From Candidatus Micrarchaeota archaeon (GTDB taxonomy: Archaea; Micrarchaeota; Micrarchaeia; Micrarchaeales; Micrarchaeaceae): a stretch of 64,000 nucleotides of DNA. Under the pieces are notes generated by a model, which searched no databases, was not told where the DNA came from, and saw nothing but the letters and a program-made list of their open reading frames with translations. Of this stretch, positions 60,151 through 64,000 are shown piece by piece; the stretch's first letter is position 1, and the number at the start of each line of letters is the position of its first letter. The position numbers and the translations under genes are program-made. The stretch lies in NCBI GenBank assembly GCA_021827605.1, contig JAKAVF010000031.1, positions 28,592-92,591 on the forward strand. Reading direction: 5' to 3'.

Positions 60151-62640
60151 ATGAACTATGGGAAATATTATTTTGCAATAGTGTTTACAATAGTGGCGAT
60201 GTTTGGGCTTACTGGAAGCGCGATTGCAGCCACAACAAGCGTGACCTCAGTTGCGACTGCGGTAACGCCAATTACAGCGGTGCCGGTCATGCCCGCCAGC
60301 TCACAAATTACGCTTCAATCAACTAATATTTTCCAGCAGATAATAAACTTCTTCGAAGGTCTGTTCGGCGTAGGTAGCAGAAGCTCAGGCTACACCACTA
60401 CCGTACCTTATTCGACGACAACAATCTGTCCGCTAGGGACCGCAGGATGTCCTATCAGGGTAACCACGGTGAGCACGACCACTGTTCCACAAGCGCTCAG
60501 CTCATGCGTTGCCGCACTTGGCATTGTCTGCGCAGCACCAACGCTTTCTTCCACAGGAGCTCTCTCACTAACATTCGGTCAGAATACAGGCGCAGTGATG
60601 TACCATCCTGAGCTAGCGTGTTCTATCACGTCGACAGTTCCATCTACATTCTATCAAATCAACTCAGGAAACCCGCTCGTAAGCGGTGCAACGATCCCAG
60701 CATCAGGAATACAGTGCCCCGCAGTGAACGGAAGCCAGTTCAACGGCTATCTGTGGCTCAGCTATGCTTCATCTTCAAATACAGCGATTACGATGCTTGC
60801 AGCCACGCTGTCACTCAGCACAACATCAAACATCACCAACAGCTCTGGAGGCTACTCATATACCGGCGTGTACAATGGTACAAACATGGCGCTCACATGG
60901 GTGCCAAACCACACAATCGAGAACCTCTCTGATGCGAGGCTCGTTGGTGTAATCACAGACTTCCAGACCACCAACCCTTACTATTCCTGCCTAAACGGCG
61001 ATAGTATGAACGTATGGAGCGCGTCAAACGAGTACCCAGGAGTGCTCGTAGTGCACAATGGTCTCCAGGGAAGCCAGTGCACATACATAACTGCAACCTT
61101 CGTTCCGCTAGGCAACGGAGGAGGCAACAAGTTCCCGAACCCGTACAATTACACATATACGGGAAGCTATAAGGGAGCAGGTGAGACTCTCTCATGGGTG
61201 CCAAACCATACGATAGAAAATGATAGTGGCGCGCAGCTCATAGGAACACTCTCTAACTTCTACACAGCAAACCCATACTACTCATGCCTCAACGGTGAGA
61301 GCATAAACGTATGGACCGACCCTAACTATCCAAACGAATATGTGATACACAACGGCATGCAGGGACCGCAGTGCACTTACATCACTGCAGTCTTCAGCTC
61401 AGGCAGCACCCGCGGATCTACGCCAATAATGACCATTACGGTCAACCGTCCGCAGAACATGCCCACAGGCACGAACTTCGAAACGAATATGAGCTGGACC
61501 AACCTCACATCATACAGCAGTGTCTACAACTGCGACTTTGTCTTCCAAACAGCAGGTGGAGTGACTGTGTCAAATTACACAGAATACTGCGGCCTCTCTT
61601 ACCCAGAACTAGGCTGGAACTACACCGGGGTAAGCATGCAGCCTGGCGGCAACTACGATATAAGAGTTATAATCAGCAACAGGACAACAGGCGGATACGT
61701 AAGCGCAAGCAACACTGGGTATATATCGGTGCCATCCAGTGGCAGCACTCCACTATCAGCAGGAATGAACTTGACAGTGAGGCAAACAGGCACACCGTCA
61801 TATCCGGTCATCTTGGACATGATAGGAATTGCAACGGGCGGCAGCGGGCCATATGTCTATACATACAAGATAAGGAACATGTCACAGCTCTACTACCGCA
61901 CTATATACACGTCATCACAGACAACGTCAACAAGCTGGACGTATGGCTTCTACAACAACACAGTAATACCGAGCCTGGTCCCTGGAACCACCTACTCTGC
62001 AGTGGTCACGGTTACGGATTCGCAGGGCCATACTGCATCTTCACAGCCACAGTCATTCACCATACCTGGCAACAACATCCCGAACCCGTACAACTACACG
62101 TACACAGGTTCATGGGAAGGTTCGCAGGTAACTTCGCCTAGCACAATACAGTGGGTGCCAAACCACACAATCGAGAACGATAGCGGCGCGGTGCTTGTTG
62201 GCACACTTACGAACTTCCAGACCACAAACCCATACTACTCATGCCTGAATGGCAGAAGCCTCAATGTATGGACCGACCCGAACTACCCGAACGTATATGT
62301 AGTACACAATGGTCTGCAGGGAAGCCAGTGCACGTACATAACTCTCGAGCTGCAGTACATAGTCAAGAACCAGATATTGTACGTTGGCCACAACGTGACC
62401 TCATCTCCATACACGGTTGAGCTCACAGACCTTGCACAACCGAACAACCAGACCAACGAGTCCGCGGCTGAGATAGATGTCTACTACAATGGTGCGCTGA
62501 CAAACACGAGCCAGATAAACCCGAACAGCGTTGGAGCTTTCAAGGTACACGGGGAGATGCTGTACGTCTTCGTTCACAACACGTTCGCCAGTCTATATGC
62601 GTACCAGAGATGGGCAAACATGTCAATTACATTCCCGTAA
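60151..62640 (+). CDS. Large secreted repeat protein: Sec-type signal, pilin-like head domain, three ~85-aa repeats, PKD-like module, C-terminal module shared with the next gene
   Basis: Signal FAIVFTIVAMFGLTGSAIAA. Head domain CVAALGIVCAAPTLSSTGALSLTFGQN...FNGYLWLSY. Three copies of WVPNHTIEN..NPYYSCLNG..NVW..HNG(L/M)QG.QCTYIT. A TYSAVVTVTDSQGHT PKD-like strand is also present. Confidence 0.6.
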   Translation: MNYGKYYFAIVFTIVAMFGLTGSAIAATTSVTSVATAVTPITAVPVMPASSQITLQSTNIFQQIINFFEGLFGVGSRSSGYTTTVPYSTTTICPLGTAGCPIRVTTVSTTTVPQALSSCVAALGIVCAAPTLSSTGALSLTFGQNTGAVMYHPELACSITSTVPSTFYQINSGNPLVSGATIPASGIQCPAVNGSQFNGYLWLSYASSSNTAITMLAATLSLSTTSNITNSSGGYSYTGVYNGTNMALTWVPNHTIENLSDARLVGVITDFQTTNPYYSCLNGDSMNVWSASNEYPGVLVVHNGLQGSQCTYITATFVPLGNGGGNKFPNPYNYTYTGSYKGAGETLSWVPNHTIENDSGAQLIGTLSNFYTANPYYSCLNGESINVWTDPNYPNEYVIHNGMQGPQCTYITAVFSSGSTRGSTPIMTITVNRPQNMPTGTNFETNMSWTNLTSYSSVYNCDFVFQTAGGVTVSNYTEYCGLSYPELGWNYTGVSMQPGGNYDIRVIISNRTTGGYVSASNTGYISVPSSGSTPLSAGMNLTVRQTGTPSYPVILDMIGIATGGSGPYVYTYKIRNMSQLYYRTIYTSSQTTSTSWTYGFYNNTVIPSLVPGTTYSAVVTVTDSQGHTASSQPQSFTIPGNNIPNPYNYTYTGSWEGSQVTSPSTIQWVPNHTIENDSGAVLVGTLTNFQTTNPYYSCLNGRSLNVWTDPNYPNVYVVHNGLQGSQCTYITLELQYIVKNQILYVGHNVTSSPYTVELTDLAQPNNQTNESAAEIDVYYNGALTNTSQINPNSVGAFKVHGEMLYVFVHNTFASLYAYQRWANMSITFP
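60853..61101 (+). repeat. Intragenic repeat unit 1 (~85 codons)
   Basis: YSYTGVYNGTNMALTWVPNHTIENLSDARLVGVITDFQTTNPYYSCLNGDSMNVW...HNGLQGSQCTYITATF. It is similar at both DNA and protein level to units 2 and 3. Confidence 0.7.
61135..61395 (+). repeat. Intragenic repeat unit 2
   Basis: PNPYNYTYTGSYKGAGETLSWVPNHTIENDSGAQLIGTLSNFYTANPYYSCLNGESINVWTDPNYPNEYVIHNGMQGPQCTYITAVF. Confidence 0.7.
62080..62346 (+). repeat. Intragenic repeat unit 3
   Basis: PNPYNYTYTGSWEGSQ...IQWVPNHTIENDSGAVLVGTLTNFQTTNPYYSCLNGRSLNVWTDPNYPNVYVVHNGLQGSQCTYITL. Confidence 0.7.
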
Positions 62641-62671
62641 GTTTCCGAGCATAATTTAAATATTCTCTGGG

Positions 62672-63376
62672 ATGTATAACTGCATGAAAGTTTCGGCAGC
62701 AGTTTCGTTGATTCTTTTTTCTTCACTTATAGCAGTAGCCACAGCATCTTATTTTCCACAGTCATCGCTGAATGTCACGCTCCCCCAGATCAATACAAAC
62801 GGTCTGTCCGGCAGCATCGGCAACGTAGTAAGCGAGATAGTTGCCTTCTTCAGGGATCTGTTCGCAGCGCTGCTGGGTGCAACTACGACTACGACAACCA
62901 CGACCACAAGTGTAGCGTCAACAACTATACATTATACGACATCGTTCATACCAACCATAACCACAACCATGAGCACAACGGTCAAGACAACCAGTGTCCA
63001 AACAACCACCTCCATACCGACAACATCTATTGCGACAACCTCGGTATCCACGACATCGGTTCAGCCAAGCGGGGCTGTGCTGTGCCATAACGATACCTTC
63101 CTTAGGGTGAACCAGACCGAGAACTGCTCCCCAGTATCCCTGCTGCTCATTGACGTTGGGGTAGGGAACACCAGGTATGAGATAGCGAATGCGATAGTCG
63201 ACATATACCTGAACAACCAGCTAGAGTTCTCAAATGAGTCGCTGCTGCAGAATTTCACGACGCCATATCAGTTCAACTTCAGCAACGGCCACATAGTGCA
63301 GGTGCAGGTTTACGTAGCGCACTGGGACCAATATCCTCTCTATAGGTATGCCAACATATCGCTCACCTACAGGTAA
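62672..63376 (+). CDS. Secreted protein with poly-Thr linker; N- and C-terminal modules homologous to the preceding gene
   Basis: Signal peptide, then VSEIVAFFRDLFAALLG (compare QQIINFFEGLFGVG upstream) and a T-rich linker. The C-terminal ...AIVDIYLNN...YRYANISLTYR compares with ...AEIDVYYNG...YQRWANMSITFP. The ATG at 62684 lies about 27 nt from a TTTAAAT box centre and may be the real, leaderless start. Confidence 0.55.
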   Translation: MYNCMKVSAAVSLILFSSLIAVATASYFPQSSLNVTLPQINTNGLSGSIGNVVSEIVAFFRDLFAALLGATTTTTTTTTSVASTTIHYTTSFIPTITTTMSTTVKTTSVQTTTSIPTTSIATTSVSTTSVQPSGAVLCHNDTFLRVNQTENCSPVSLLLIDVGVGNTRYEIANAIVDIYLNNQLEFSNESLLQNFTTPYQFNFSNGHIVQVQVYVAHWDQYPLYRYANISLTYR

Positions 63377-63390
63377 GGCCCCGCCAATTT

Positions 63391-64000
63391 CTATTTCTTA
63401 GCTACCTTCGCAAGCTCCTTGTCCATTATCCCGAAAAAGTTGTCCCAAGAATAGTGTTTCCTTATCCGCTTGATGCCCCTCTTTCCCATCTCCTTCGCTA
63501 TTGACGGGTGTTCTGCCACGTATACCATCTTCTTTGCCATCTCCGGCGCATTGTTGACCAGGAAGCCGGTCTCATTGTCCAAAATGGTTTCCTTCGGCCC
63601 TCCCCAGTTTATCGCTATCACCGGCTTTCCGCTTGCCATTCCCTCCAACGGGAAGAGACCAAGATCCTCGTCAACAGGCGGGTGCAAGACAGCTGTGCAC
63701 CTTGAGTACAGGTCAAGCCATCTGTCATCCGGAGGATTGACCAGTATCATGACATCTCCAACCTCCTTCGCCTTCCCTACCACTCTCTCATAGTACTCTG
63801 ACAGGAACCTGTCCTTCGAGACCGATCCTGCCAGAACCAGCTTGTATGTCTTCCTTCCCCTGTAGAGGCGCTTGAACCTGGCAAAGGCCTCTATTGCGCT
63901 GAGCTGGTCTTTGTTCTGCGAGTATCTTGCCGGATAATAGAAGTAATGGTCGTCGCCCTTGTTGGAAAAGCGATCGTAGTCTATCCCTGATGGAAGGACC
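63391..64000 (-). CDS. Glycosyltransferase family 1 (GT4-like), C-terminal part; 5' end lies outside the window
   Basis: The frame is open to the window edge. It reads ...YKLVLAGSVSKDRF...AVLHPPVDEDLGLFPLEGMASGKPVIAINWGGPKETILDNETGFLV, the E-x7-E type GT1 C-terminal motif. Confidence 0.7.
   Translation of the reverse strand, partial: VLPSGIDYDRFSNKGDDHYFYYPARYSQNKDQLSAIEAFARFKRLYRGRKTYKLVLAGSVSKDRFLSEYYERVVGKAKEVGDVMILVNPPDDRWLDLYSRCTAVLHPPVDEDLGLFPLEGMASGKPVIAINWGGPKETILDNETGFLVNNAPEMAKKMVYVAEHPSIAKEMGKRGIKRIRKHYSWDNFFGIMDKELAKVAKK

Noticed and set aside
62880-63060. Repetitive ACN-rich DNA that might be taken for a tandem repeat or CRISPR-like array.
   Set aside because: It is in frame and encodes a Thr/Ser-rich linker (TTTTTTTTTSVASTT...). 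It has no regular repeat-spacer periodicity. No CRISPR array or cas gene is seen anywhere in the window.

Overview
This window looks like a gene-dense archaeal chromosomal segment: mid-range GC by eye, about 90% coding, TTTAAAT-type promoter boxes 25-30 nt upstream of many start codons, and frequent ATGA/TAATG start-stop coupling. Lineage cannot be assigned from sequence alone. The housekeeping set plus abundant class III signal-peptide surface proteins would fit an uncultivated DPANN/Micrarchaeota-like or Thermoplasmata-like archaeon, but that is inference.

Housekeeping content:
- Protein folding: thermosome, prefoldin beta.
- Translation: the canonical archaeal adkA / DUF106 / L34e / cmk / L14e block, L10e, aIF-2beta, aIF-1A, aEF-1beta with its Zn-ribbon partner, Dph2, DtdA.
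- Replication, repair and division: an Lhr-type helicase, Mre11 coupled to a DHH phosphoesterase, Rad50 13 kb away on the other strand, FtsZ.
- Metabolism and membrane: glutamate dehydrogenase, H+-pyrophosphatase, geranylgeranyl reductase, a presenilin-like intramembrane protease.
- Respiration: an 11-subunit-type complex I split into nuoABCD (9.4-11.8 kb, minus strand) and nuoHI-x-JKLMN (48.7-57.1 kb, plus strand). No nuoEFG is present in the window.

Two RNA genes absent from the ORF track can be read directly: tRNA-Ser(GCU) at 34213-34298 (-) and an SRP (7S) RNA at about 34365-34620 (-).

Most unusual content:
1. Four class III signal-peptide (KGQSAIEYL(M/T)TYGW) pilin-like proteins and at least three relatives share a four-cysteine head domain fused to LamG, DUF2341-like, YVTN beta-propeller or repeat modules. 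One of them sits between nuoI and nuoJ.
2. An NAD salvage cluster (nadV, a NadM-type NMNAT fused to an APH/choline-kinase-fold kinase, an ADP-ribose-type Nudix) converges on an HD::bacterial-type CoaD fusion.
3. A single-repeat (half-size) TBP-like ORF has no canonical start codon for its conserved first strand.
4. mre11 is translationally coupled to a DHH nuclease-family gene instead of rad50/nurA/herA.

No CRISPR array, transposase, integrase or recognisable defence system was seen.
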